From: a virus
Reading direction: 5' to 3' (one strand)
DNA length: 64,000 nucleotides
Virus record (IMG/VR): IMGVR_UViG_3300047089_000113
Coordinates: 1-64,000 of that record
The notes under the pieces are model-generated. The model was not told the DNA's origin, searched no databases, and was given only the letters and a program-made list of their open reading frames with translations. Position 1 is the first letter of the stretch; the number at the start of each line of letters is the position of its first letter. Shown here in pieces: positions 19,808 through 28,948 of the stretch. A program made the translations under genes and the position numbers.

Positions 19808-20214
19808 CAGAAGCCCCAGCCAGCCGCTGGCGGTACCCGCTCGGAGGCGAGCTGCGACGGGGTGAGCAGGAGCTGGCCGAACGCAGCGCCGCCGCCGTGC
19901 GCGCGGTAAAACTTGGCCACCGGGACCGACGTGCCGGTCGGCACGCCGCTGACCCGGACGATCTCGGCGTTAGCCGCCGTGTCGTACAGCAGCGACATGC
20001 CGTTGGTGAAGGCCGCGCCGCCGCTGGCCACGGTGATCGCGGTCGATGCGGTGGTCACCGCGCCCGTGCCGGTCCCGGTCGGGGCCACCGTGCTCGCCGT
20101 GAACGCCCACTCGCACGCGCCGCACAGGTAGGCCGTGCCGGTGCCGATGAGCGTCCGCAGTATGTTGCAGCGCGGGCACGGGGCGAAGACGTTGGCTGGC
20201 ACCAGTGGCGGCAT
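19807..20214 (-). CDS. Zn-ribbon + beta-domain protein
   Basis: 135 aa with CPRC…CGAC at the N-terminus. Confidence 0.6.
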   Translation of the reverse strand: MPPLVPANVFAPCPRCNILRTLIGTGTAYLCGACEWAFTASTVAPTGTGTGAVTTASTAITVASGGAAFTNGMSLLYDTAANAEIVRVSGVPTGTSVPVAKFYRAHGGGAAFGQLLLTPSQLASERVPPAAGWGF

Positions 20215-20220
20215 GAGCGG

Positions 20221-20835
20221 TTACCTCCCGGCCTGAGCTTGCGCTGCCCTCGCTCGGGTGCGCTCGGGCAGGATGTCCTCGGCGCTGACGTACGTGCCGC
20301 CCGCGCCGGGGTCACCGTCGCTGTTCTCGCTGCCCGGCACCGGCTCACCGGTCTCCGGGACCTCCTGCTGGAGGATCGCGGATGCGCCAGCCGGGTCGGG
20401 CAGCGGCATGCCCGAGCCCGGAGCGGGCGTTGCGGGCTGCCGCAACGCCCCCGAGACCGCGCGTGGGGGGACACGCTGCGGTGCCTCGCTGCTGGACTTC
20501 GGGCCGGTCGCGGGCCGGATAACCGGCACCCTGCGTCCGTCTCCCGGCCCGTGCCGCATGTAGCCAGCCGCTTCCTCGGGCGTGAGATTGACCGTCTCGC
20601 CCGCCATCACCAGGTCCGAGCCGCGCAGCGGGTCAGTCCCGCGCCGGGGCACGTTCAGGTTGATCAGCGCGATGTACGGGTCGCCGGGCCTGGAGGCAGG
20701 CGTCTGCACCTGGCTCTCCCGCGCGAGCAGCTTGTTCATCACCTCGCGCTCGGCCTCGGACAGCGGGGTCATCTCCGATGCCTCGTTGATGACCGGCATT
20801 GGGCGTCCTGCGCCTGGCCGTGTCTGCGGGGGCAT
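20221..20835 (-). CDS. Hypothetical protein downstream of the capsid gene
   Basis: 204 aa, Pro-rich, coupled to the capsid stop. Confidence 0.6.
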   Translation of the reverse strand: MPPQTRPGAGRPMPVINEASEMTPLSEAEREVMNKLLARESQVQTPASRPGDPYIALINLNVPRRGTDPLRGSDLVMAGETVNLTPEEAAGYMRHGPGDGRRVPVIRPATGPKSSSEAPQRVPPRAVSGALRQPATPAPGSGMPLPDPAGASAILQQEVPETGEPVPGSENSDGDPGAGGTYVSAEDILPERTRARAAQAQAGR

Positions 20836-21746
20836 CAGACTCCGCTCAGCAGCACGATGGCCAGCGGCTGGTCCAGGCCGATGGCAGCGGCGCGCTGCGT
20901 GTCCGACCGCCAGGTCTTGCGCGGCTCGTCGCGGTAGAGCGGGCCTGCCATGAACGGCAGCTCGTCCGCGAAGAAGCCCGCCCGCTGGCGCTGCATGATG
21001 AGCGCGTTGCCCGCCGGGACCTGGCGGGAGACCATCACGTCCAGGTTGAGGATCTGCTGCGGGAGCGTGCCCGTGTACAGCAGGTTCTCGCTGGCGATGT
21101 CACCGATGTACGGCGCGGCGAACGTGGCGCTCTGGAGCAGCGTGTTCTTGGTGCCGTGGTTGATGATCAGCGTGTCGGCCTCGAATCCGAGCCACTGCGT
21201 CACGCCGCTCGGGGACACGATGTTGGCGTTCTCGATCAGGTAGACCGCCTGCATGATGTCGGCCCGGATGGTCGCAGCCGCGCTGGCCCAGGCGTTCGCC
21301 ACGGCGAGTGTCTGGATCGAGGCGTTGGAGACTACCGCCGAGTAGAAGGCGGTGTTCCACGAGTAGACCATCGTGTTCTTGACCTGCAAGAGCTGGCGGG
21401 TCACCGGGTCGATGGCCTGACGGCGGCGCATCTCATCGGAGACCATGATCGCCATCGCGCGCTCGTGGCTGAAGACCACTCGCGGGATTCCGACGCTGGT
21501 CGGCACGATCGGGACCTCACCGAACTCAGGCCGGATCTCCGGGTAGTCGTCGGCGTACAGAGGCGTGCTCTCGGCGTACCTGACCGCGCCGGATGGTGCC
21601 GCCCCGCCCGACCGCAGCACCGAGTCCATGACGAACTCGTTGCGCGTGATATCGAGGATGAGCTGGGGGATGACCAGCGGGTCCTTCAGCAGCTCGTTGA
21701 CGGTGATCCGTGGTGCATCGCTATAGCTCCTGGCACCAGTCGGCAT
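20835..21746 (-). CDS. Major capsid protein
   Basis: 303 aa after the scaffold and decoration genes. E.GEVP motif and C-terminal DQPLA.V.L.GV are typical of HK97-fold actinophage capsids. Confidence 0.85.
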   Translation of the reverse strand: MPTGARSYSDAPRITVNELLKDPLVIPQLILDITRNEFVMDSVLRSGGAAPSGAVRYAESTPLYADDYPEIRPEFGEVPIVPTSVGIPRVVFSHERAMAIMVSDEMRRRQAIDPVTRQLLQVKNTMVYSWNTAFYSAVVSNASIQTLAVANAWASAAATIRADIMQAVYLIENANIVSPSGVTQWLGFEADTLIINHGTKNTLLQSATFAAPYIGDIASENLLYTGTLPQQILNLDVMVSRQVPAGNALIMQRQRAGFFADELPFMAGPLYRDEPRKTWRSDTQRAAAIGLDQPLAIVLLSGV

Positions 21747-21757
21747 GACTCACTCCC

Positions 21758-22264
21758 TCAAATCTCGACTCGGCAGCGGCCGAAGAAGTAGGACGCGCCG
21801 CCCTGGCCGCCGATTTGCTGGGTGAGCATCCCGGCTGAGATGCCGCCGGGGTGCGTGCAGCGAGCGACGATGAGGTCAGCCGTGCCAGCCGCGTAGGCGA
21901 CCACGGTCCCGGCGTTGCCGCCGACCGCGCTGATCATCAGCGGCTGGCCGACGTAGGCCGCCCCTGAGTACCAGCAGAAGATGTCCACGCCGCCGTAGTA
22001 GACCGCCACGTAGTCAGTCAGCACGGAGATGTCAATCAGCGGCTGGCCGTAGGTGTTCGGCAGGCCGGTCTGGACGGAGATGGGCGCGGCATCACTTCCG
22101 GCCACGCCGAGCGCGTAGTTGACCGAGGGTGTCGCAAGCGCCACCGTCAGGTCTGTGGTACCCGGCGTGATCGAGTGGTGCATGACCCACTGACCGCCGT
22201 AGATCAGGCCGAACACCTGGTAGTTGGACGGGCCAACCTTGTAGTGCGGCAGGGCTCCTGCCAT
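21758..22264 (-). CDS. Capsid decoration/cement protein
   Basis: 168 aa, Gly/Ala-rich, ALGVA..DA motif, just upstream of the capsid gene. Confidence 0.65.
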   Translation of the reverse strand: MAGALPHYKVGPSNYQVFGLIYGGQWVMHHSITPGTTDLTVALATPSVNYALGVAGSDAAPISVQTGLPNTYGQPLIDISVLTDYVAVYYGGVDIFCWYSGAAYVGQPLMISAVGGNAGTVVAYAAGTADLIVARCTHPGGISAGMLTQQIGGQGGASYFFGRCRVEI

Positions 22265-22272
22265 CGTTCCTC

Positions 22273-22476
22273 CTAAGAGCCGTTCGATACGCCGACAGCT
22301 TCACCTTGCTGGTCGTGGACGGTGGCGGTGGCGACCGCCCGCATGTTGCCAGCCCCGAGAGCGGTGACCTCGGCTGGCGACAGGTCCACGGTCTGCCCCT
22401 TGACGTGCACACGGCCGGGTTGCAGGTAGTTGACGAACGCCACCTGCGCTGCCGTGGTGAGGATGTACTTGGCCAT
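22273..22476 (-). CDS. Small GAGN-motif virion protein
   Basis: 67 aa; paralog of 19534-19807. Confidence 0.6.
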   Translation of the reverse strand: MAKYILTTAAQVAFVNYLQPGRVHVKGQTVDLSPAEVTALGAGNMRAVATATVHDQQGEAVGVSNGS

Positions 22477-22479
22477 CGG

Positions 22480-23682
22480 CTACAGGCCCATCTGCTGCCT
22501 GGCGCGGTCGATGACCTCGCTGCGCGCCGTCTGCTCCGCGCTCGGCTGCGCGCCGGGCGGCTCGTCCATCGGGGTGCCCAGCTCCGCGCCCAGGTCGAGC
22601 ATCTGCGCCATCTTGGCGTACTCGCTCAGCACCTTGCGCATGACCTGGCCGACGTCCACCCGCTGGCCGTTGGCCAGGTCGATGGTGTGCCCGGAGCCCT
22701 GGAGCACCGGCCGGGCCAGGTCGGTGATGTAGGGCGGCACGCCGAGATCCGCGAGCTGCCGCTTCTCCACATCGAACGTCTGCGCCTCGAACCGCGTCTG
22801 GAAGACGCCAAGCTGGCGCTCGGTCTCATCCGCGCGGGAGTTGGCGAGGTCGATGGCCATCTGCGCCTCGGCCGTCAGGCCGGTGGTCTGCATGGCATCG
22901 GCGGTGTCGGCGTCAAGCCCGGCCTCGACGGCGGCCAGCTCGTCATCGTCCAGGGCGGCGATCAGGTCGGCCAGCTCGGCGTCGGTCAGCTCGTCATCGG
23001 CTGGCGGTGCGGGCGGCGTGCTGCCGTTACCAGCAGGCGGGGCTTGCTGCTGCCCGAGCAGCCGGTCCAGGGCAGCCGGGTCCATGTTGAGCAGCTTGCT
23101 CAGGTTGGCCTGCTGCTGGGGGTTCATCTGCTCGGGCATGGTCTCCACTTCCTGTCCGGCGTAACTCGATCCGGTGAGGTCTATAACGAGTGACGGCGTG
23201 TTGGCCGCCTCGATGGTCTGCCAGGCCCCGAGGCCCGGAATGCGCGGGTCCAGTGTCCCGAGCACGTGCTGAACGGCGGCAGGGTAGAACTTCCCGTCCG
23301 CGCGCTGGTACTGCTCGACTATCCGCGCCGATACGCCCAGGTACGGATTCTCCCTCAGCACCTGCTCGCCAGCCGGGGTCGGGTCGAGCGTGATATAGAG
23401 CCCGTCCGGCTCGGTCTGCATGTCCACGATCGTGCCGCGATGACGCTCCGGGTCATTGGTATGACTGTTGCCCGCGTCCGCGAGCTGGAAGGACACCTGG
23501 TCATACGCCCGGCTGCGGAACGCCTCTGCCAGCCCCGCCAGGTAGCCCGGCGTGAAGTGCAGCGTGCGGCCCTGGTACTGGATGTCCCCGATCGGCAGCA
23601 CCCGCTTGCGCCAGAGCTTGTTGCCCAGCTCGATCGCAGTGCCCCGGTCGAACGGGGTCAGCAGCGCGGCGAAAGCGGTCAT
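22480..23682 (-). CDS. Prohead protease/scaffold fusion (Mu gpI-like)
   Basis: N-terminal protease-like domain (SH..DP..H.G.I…DGLY…YLGVSARI…HVLGT.DP.IPGL) plus an acidic coiled-coil scaffold C-terminus. Confidence 0.75.
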   Translation of the reverse strand: MTAFAALLTPFDRGTAIELGNKLWRKRVLPIGDIQYQGRTLHFTPGYLAGLAEAFRSRAYDQVSFQLADAGNSHTNDPERHRGTIVDMQTEPDGLYITLDPTPAGEQVLRENPYLGVSARIVEQYQRADGKFYPAAVQHVLGTLDPRIPGLGAWQTIEAANTPSLVIDLTGSSYAGQEVETMPEQMNPQQQANLSKLLNMDPAALDRLLGQQQAPPAGNGSTPPAPPADDELTDAELADLIAALDDDELAAVEAGLDADTADAMQTTGLTAEAQMAIDLANSRADETERQLGVFQTRFEAQTFDVEKRQLADLGVPPYITDLARPVLQGSGHTIDLANGQRVDVGQVMRKVLSEYAKMAQMLDLGAELGTPMDEPPGAQPSAEQTARSEVIDRARQQMGL

Positions 23683-24293
23683 GAGGGTGCCCCGAACGAC
23701 TGGGCGCGCTTGGCGAACTTGTGCGCCTTGGCGTGGTCCCAGCCCTTGGCCTTCAGCTTCTTCCTGATGCTCAGGCCCTTGGGTGACAACTCGTTGTCGT
23801 CGGCGTCGGGCTCCTTGCCGCCGTTGGCCATGGTGACCCGAGCGCCGTCACCGGCTGAGCGCGCGGGCGTGGCCAGGGCGTTGATAGCGGGCACCCCGTA
23901 CTGCTCCATCAGCGGCGTCTGGACCGGCGGCGGCTGGAGCGCCCCGTCAGCAGGCTGGTCGGTGCCCCGGTTCCACAGGCCCAGCAGCTCGGCCAGGGCT
24001 CCGCGCTGGTGCACATGCGGCCGGGTGGACGTCTTGCCGCCGTAGACCGCCCGCCAGCCGTCCTCGTCCCTGATCTCCCCGATCAGCGTGCCGCCCCTGC
24101 GGTGCCGGATCGACGCGCCGCCGGTTGCGCTGCGGCCGATCAGGACGTCGCCGGGCGACGTGACCGGGTATCGCGGGGTGGCCAGCTCGACCCTGCTGCC
24201 CCTGGTGCGGCTGGCGATGTAGGCGGCTAGATGCTCGGGGTTGCTCACTCCGCGTACGGCTAGTGCTGCGATGGCAGCCTGCCGTGAGGCCAT
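23679..24293 (-). CDS. Head-module protein (204 aa)
   Basis: AGGAGG RBS before MASRQAAI. Contains a VELAT junction and a C-terminal KKLKAKGWDHAKA module. Confidence 0.65.
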   Translation of the reverse strand: MASRQAAIAALAVRGVSNPEHLAAYIASRTRGSRVELATPRYPVTSPGDVLIGRSATGGASIRHRRGGTLIGEIRDEDGWRAVYGGKTSTRPHVHQRGALAELLGLWNRGTDQPADGALQPPPVQTPLMEQYGVPAINALATPARSAGDGARVTMANGGKEPDADDNELSPKGLSIRKKLKAKGWDHAKAHKFAKRAQSFGAPS

Positions 24294-24378
24294 GACGCCT
24301 CCTAGACTCTCAACGTCTACTTGAAGGCCATCGTAGGCTGCCGCGTCCAGGAACGCATGACCCGGTATGCAGGAATCT

Positions 24379-24522
24379 TCAGGATTGCTGCTGCGCGATG
24401 GCCTGATCCGTAACCTCGGTGGCAAATTCCTCGGCGCGTTCTTCGTCCATGCCCTTGCTCACCAGAAGCTCTGTCCACACGTCGATGAGGTACTGGCGAT
24501 CCTCTGGTTTGACGGTCGCCAT
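24379..24522 (-). CDS. Small acidic protein (47 aa)
   Basis: Not in the track: MATVKPEDRQYLIDVWTELLVSKGMDEERAEEFATEVTDQAIAQQQS, with TGATG coupling. Confidence 0.6.
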   Translation of the reverse strand: MATVKPEDRQYLIDVWTELLVSKGMDEERAEEFATEVTDQAIAQQQS

Positions 24523-25391
24523 CACAGCTTCTTAAAGAACTCGATGATGGTCTGGATCAGGAACGGACCCACCGTGGCGATGATCGGCAGGATCTCGGGA
24601 GCGCCCGACTTCACCGCGAGATAGGCCAGGGCACCGCCCGTGACGGCAAGACCGGCCTCGGTGGCGAGCTTCATCTTGGCCTTGCGGCCCGCCCAGGTGT
24701 CTTCTTCCTTCTTGGCCTCTGCCAGCTTCTGGCTTACGAGCTGCTGGGCCTGGGCCACCGCCTGCTGGGCCTTGCTCTCGGCCAGCGGCGCGACCTGGGT
24801 GGCGATGAGCTGCTGGTGGATAAGCTGCTCGCGCCTGGTCGGCTGCACCTTGCCGCTGACCTGGTAGGCAACCTCGGCCGCCTTGTTCTCGGGCGCGATG
24901 TCCGCCGGGACCTTGATCTGCTTGGCCAGCTCCTGCTGGATGAGCTGGCGCAGGTGCTCGTCGGAGACGTCGCTGCCCGCGCCGAGACTGCCGGTGCTGC
25001 TGGCGTGGCGGGACTGGGCGGCCTGTATCCGCCGCAGCCGTGCCGCCCGCTTGGCTTCCGTGCCGACAGCGCCGCCGGGGCCGACCCACTTCCCGCCCTT
25101 GCCCCGTCGTTCGGTGCGCCAGGCTTCGTTGGCCAGGTCGATGAGCTGGCTGGTGATGGTGTCACCCGCCAACTGCCCCAGGAGCGTGCCTTCTCCGACC
25201 ACGGGTCCAGTATCCAGCGTCCCGGCCAATCTGGAAAGCATCACGCCCGCATCCTGGATCTCGCGCAGCTCCGCGCCGGTCGCGGCGATGGCCATCTCGC
25301 GCACCTGGCTGAGCGCGCTGGCGACCCGGCCCGCCGGGTCTTCCCAGGCCCATTTGGCGATGCTGAGTGCCCGCTGCCCGTCTGGTGTCAT
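24522..25391 (-). CDS. Head-module protein with tag motif and C-terminal hydrophobic hairpin
   Basis: 289 aa; contains LIDLA-NEAWRTERRGKGGKW and two C-terminal hydrophobic helices. Confidence 0.7.
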   Translation of the reverse strand: MTPDGQRALSIAKWAWEDPAGRVASALSQVREMAIAATGAELREIQDAGVMLSRLAGTLDTGPVVGEGTLLGQLAGDTITSQLIDLANEAWRTERRGKGGKWVGPGGAVGTEAKRAARLRRIQAAQSRHASSTGSLGAGSDVSDEHLRQLIQQELAKQIKVPADIAPENKAAEVAYQVSGKVQPTRREQLIHQQLIATQVAPLAESKAQQAVAQAQQLVSQKLAEAKKEEDTWAGRKAKMKLATEAGLAVTGGALAYLAVKSGAPEILPIIATVGPFLIQTIIEFFKKL

Positions 25392-28300
25392 GCCGCTTCC
25401 GCCATCTCGCGCTGCTTCTCGACCACCTGCTGGAAGGCCGCGCTCTTGGCTGACCTGAACGCCTGCCTGGCCGCGCCCTCCGGGTTATCGGTGTTCCACT
25501 GCTGAAGGATGCTCTCGGTGATCGTGCTGGCCATCTGGTCCATGAACGCCTTGTCCGCGCGCATCTTCGGCTCGTCGGTGGTCATCGCCAGGGCGAGTTG
25601 CGCCGCCATGGCCTGGACCTTGCCGGATGCTCCCTGGCGGTTCACCTGGTTAGCCAGTTCAACGATCCGCGCCCTGCCCTGCGGGCTGTCCAGGATCAGG
25701 TTCTCCTGCTGGACCACCTGCTGCACCCAGTCCTGGGCGTCCTTGGTCTGCGACGGGTAGTGCCCCCAGGCGTTGCCGTTGTGGATCTCGTCCGGGTTGT
25801 TGATGGTCTCGGCCATCTCCTTCACGGTGTGACCGGGGAACGTCCGGGCCTGCCGGTCCCCGATGCCCATCTGGTCAAAAAACTCGGGAGCGTGGTGGAT
25901 CGCGCCCAGCTCGGTGAAGCCTTCCTCGATCTGGGATACGGCGAAGACCTGGTACGCCTTCTCGTTGGCCTTCGCCGTGCCCGCCGGGACCACGCCGTGG
26001 ATCATCTCGTGCGCCAGCACCTCGAACGCATCGGGGTAGCGGACGGGATCGTCCGGGCGGTCGCTGGCGTCCTTGATCGCGGCGGCTACGTTGTCCGCGA
26101 TGGACAAGGTGCCGTTCCACTCCATCTCGGCCAGGATGTGCGGCTTGGACTCCTTGCGGTAGAGGCTGGCTTCACCGTCCCATTCCTCGTGACTGCCGCC
26201 GAGCAGGCGCGGGATGATGTTCGCCGCCTTGGTCGTCTCGGCCACGACCGCCGTATCCAGCTCCTGCTCATTCGGGATCGGCGGGCCGACGAACGGGACA
26301 GCCGCCGCGCGCAGCAGCTTGCCGATGTGCATCTGCTCGGTGCGGCCCCTGGTCCAGCGTCCCCGGAAGTCACGCAGCTCATCGGGATGGAACGCGAGGT
26401 CTAGGAGCGGTGCGTCAATCCCGCCTGGACCTGCTCGGCTATCTTCTCCGCTGCCGCCAGCCGCTCGTCCTCCGGGAGGTCCCAGTAGCCAGGCGGGATA
26501 GGCACGATCACCTTCGGCGTTGGCGTGCTCGATGATGCTTCCGCCACCGGTTCCTCCAGTCTGGATCTCCGCGCCGTTGTTCACGTCCCAGATGGCGATC
26601 TGGTTGCGCTCGGCTGCCGCGCGCACCGCCTCGGACTTGCTGGTGATGTTGTCGCTCGGCTCCAGCCATAGCTTACCGCCGTGTACCCACCCGCCGAGGA
26701 ACGTGCTCCGGTCCCTGAAGGCCGACTTCTCGGACATCAGCATGTCGTCAATAGCACGGGTCAGGGCCTTGCGATCGTCCAGGACCGACTCGGGGAAGAC
26801 GTGCGTGTGATCGGTCTGCGCCACCATGTAGCCGGTCTTCGGCTCACCGCCGGTATGCAGGCTGACGCTGAAGCCCTCGCGGTTCTGGCGCATGATGTCG
26901 GCGGCCTCGCCTACCGCGCCGAACTTCGCCCAGCGCCCCCGGTCATCGCGGAGCTGGTCCGGGTTGAACGCCATGTCGATCAGCGGCTCGCTGTCCGTGT
27001 TCGCGCCCTCGACCAGCCTGGCGTTGCCCAGCGCCCGGCCGCCGATGCCCATGCCGACAGCGAAGGAGATGGCGTAGGGGATGGCCAGCCGGGCTGGCAG
27101 GCCGATCCGCTGGACCTCGATCTCCTTCGGCCCGAGCCCGGCGTACGCCAGCGCCTCATCTGACGCCCATCGGTGGTGCCCGTCGATCACGTAGTTGTCG
27201 CTGGTGACCCAGATGGGCTCCTTCAGCATCTTCCGCACGGCCGGGACGTTCTTCTCGGCCGCCGCCGTGATGCCCGCCACCGTCGCGGCGGTGAGCTGGG
27301 TCTGGGTGGCGCGCAGGTTACCGGCCGGTACGCGCTCGTTCTTGACGTCGATGCCGTCGCGCCTGAGCTGGTCACGGAACTCGGGGTCCAGCTCGATGAA
27401 CTTGTTGGCCCCGCCCGCCAGCAGCGCCGCCTCGGAGCCGGGCCGGGCCGGGCCGTTGAGCTGCGGCATGTCGGTGCGCGGGATGCCCAGGGTCTGCTCG
27501 TTGAACAGCCGGGTGCCCTTGACGCTGACCAGGCCCAGGTCCCAGGGCGGCTCGTTGTCCCGCGTGTAGCCCTGCGCGCTGGCCTTCGCGTTCACCGCGT
27601 CGAGCAGCGGCTTGATCTCGGCCGGGCTGCTCAGCCGGACGTGGCTGCCAGCCGCCATCAGGTCCACGGCGCGGCCCATGTCGCCCTGGGCGTCGATCGG
27701 GTCCTCGGGGGTACCGGCACCGTCAGGCCGTCCCGGCAAGTTCAGCGGCTTGCGCTGGTCGGCTGCCTCCATCGACGGGATCTGCGGGTCGTAGCCCTCG
27801 AACCGCCCCCGGTAGCCGTGCCGCTCCAGGCTGGCCGCGTGCGACTCCAGCCCGCCGCCGCCGTGGGTCCACCGGCCGGTGATGTCCCGTTCCTCGTGCA
27901 GCCAGCCGGTGCCCATGTCAAGCACCTGGGCGGACAGCAGGCGTTCAGTTTCCTGAACGTTCGAGAACTGCTCGGTCAGCAGCCCGGTGGTGCCGGGCAC
28001 CAGCGTGTAGCCGTGCCGGGCGGCTTCCGCCTGCCACTTGTCCCAGGCGTTGCGCAGCATGGTGGACCGGCCCTTGGACAGCCGCCGTCCGCCCCGGCTG
28101 GCGGCCACCGATGAGGACAGCTCGTGCGCGGCCTCGTCCTCGGCCTCGTTGATCCGCTGCTGGCGCAGCCAGGTGATCGCCTGCACCTGGTGCGGGCTGA
28201 CCGGCGTGCCCCGCGCGCTGATCTCCAGGGCGGCGTTGCGGTAGGTGTCGGCCACGTACTGGTAGTAGCGGTCCTTGCCGATCGGGGCCTTGTCGGCTTC

Positions 28301-28948
28301 CTTCTTGGGCAGCCGCTCGTCCATAGCCACGGTCATCGCGTGCCGGTCGATGACCACCTGGCCGAGGTGATCGTCCGGCTCGTCACCGCCCGCGCGGATC
28401 AGCCGGGCGAACGCCTTGGTCTTGGAGCTGTTGTTGGCCTCGTCGGCGTCCATGCCGTCGATGGCTTCCTGGGCGTTGGCCTGCATCGAGCCGGTGATCA
28501 TGCCCTCGCCCGGCCCGAGCGCCCGGTTCTCGTCCAGCGACCGGTCGGCGTTGAACATGTTGACCGCCCAGCCGGTCTGCGGGGACAGGGCGGCGATCAC
28601 GCCCGCGTTCTTCTCGATGTCTCCCTGGTCCATCTTGGCGGCCAGGTTGTGCGCGTCGGCGTACCAGCGCATCCCCTGGGCGCGCTCCTGGGCATCGGAA
28701 TCGTCGTAGGCGGCGACCACGTTGGCCGCGCTGACCGGGTGCTCCTTGAAGAACGGGTGATCGGCGGGGGTGCGGTAGTAGTAGGACCCGCGCCGCTTGG
28801 CCAGGATCAGCCGGTCGGGGTCCGGCGCGGTGTACGCCTCGCCGCCCTTGGTCCAGCGCCCGCGCTCGTCGCGCTTCTCGAACGGGTCGAACCGCCAGCC
28901 CAGCTCCAGCTCATCCGGGCCGGTGAACCACTCCAGCAGCTCGGTCAT
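25388..28948 (-). CDS. Four-module polyvalent protein: HhH-glycosylase-like (DUF7178-like), ParB/Srx-like, unknown alpha/beta domain, HExxH zincin
   Basis: 1186 aa. Motifs AALSPQ..W/VVIDRH/QVQAITW, YVIDGHHRW, GGW…NQIAIWD and LAHEMIH…EEGFTE, each preceded by an RD..GRW tag. Confidence 0.75.
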   Translation of the reverse strand: MTELLEWFTGPDELELGWRFDPFEKRDERGRWTKGGEAYTAPDPDRLILAKRRGSYYYRTPADHPFFKEHPVSAANVVAAYDDSDAQERAQGMRWYADAHNLAAKMDQGDIEKNAGVIAALSPQTGWAVNMFNADRSLDENRALGPGEGMITGSMQANAQEAIDGMDADEANNSSKTKAFARLIRAGGDEPDDHLGQVVIDRHAMTVAMDERLPKKEADKAPIGKDRYYQYVADTYRNAALEISARGTPVSPHQVQAITWLRQQRINEAEDEAAHELSSSVAASRGGRRLSKGRSTMLRNAWDKWQAEAARHGYTLVPGTTGLLTEQFSNVQETERLLSAQVLDMGTGWLHEERDITGRWTHGGGGLESHAASLERHGYRGRFEGYDPQIPSMEAADQRKPLNLPGRPDGAGTPEDPIDAQGDMGRAVDLMAAGSHVRLSSPAEIKPLLDAVNAKASAQGYTRDNEPPWDLGLVSVKGTRLFNEQTLGIPRTDMPQLNGPARPGSEAALLAGGANKFIELDPEFRDQLRRDGIDVKNERVPAGNLRATQTQLTAATVAGITAAAEKNVPAVRKMLKEPIWVTSDNYVIDGHHRWASDEALAYAGLGPKEIEVQRIGLPARLAIPYAISFAVGMGIGGRALGNARLVEGANTDSEPLIDMAFNPDQLRDDRGRWAKFGAVGEAADIMRQNREGFSVSLHTGGEPKTGYMVAQTDHTHVFPESVLDDRKALTRAIDDMLMSEKSAFRDRSTFLGGWVHGGKLWLEPSDNITSKSEAVRAAAERNQIAIWDVNNGAEIQTGGTGGGSIIEHANAEGDRAYPAWLLGPPGGRAAGGSGEDSRAGPGGIDAPLLDLAFHPDELRDFRGRWTRGRTEQMHIGKLLRAAAVPFVGPPIPNEQELDTAVVAETTKAANIIPRLLGGSHEEWDGEASLYRKESKPHILAEMEWNGTLSIADNVAAAIKDASDRPDDPVRYPDAFEVLAHEMIHGVVPAGTAKANEKAYQVFAVSQIEEGFTELGAIHHAPEFFDQMGIGDRQARTFPGHTVKEMAETINNPDEIHNGNAWGHYPSQTKDAQDWVQQVVQQENLILDSPQGRARIVELANQVNRQGASGKVQAMAAQLALAMTTDEPKMRADKAFMDQMASTITESILQQWNTDNPEGAARQAFRSAKSAAFQQVVEKQREMAEAA

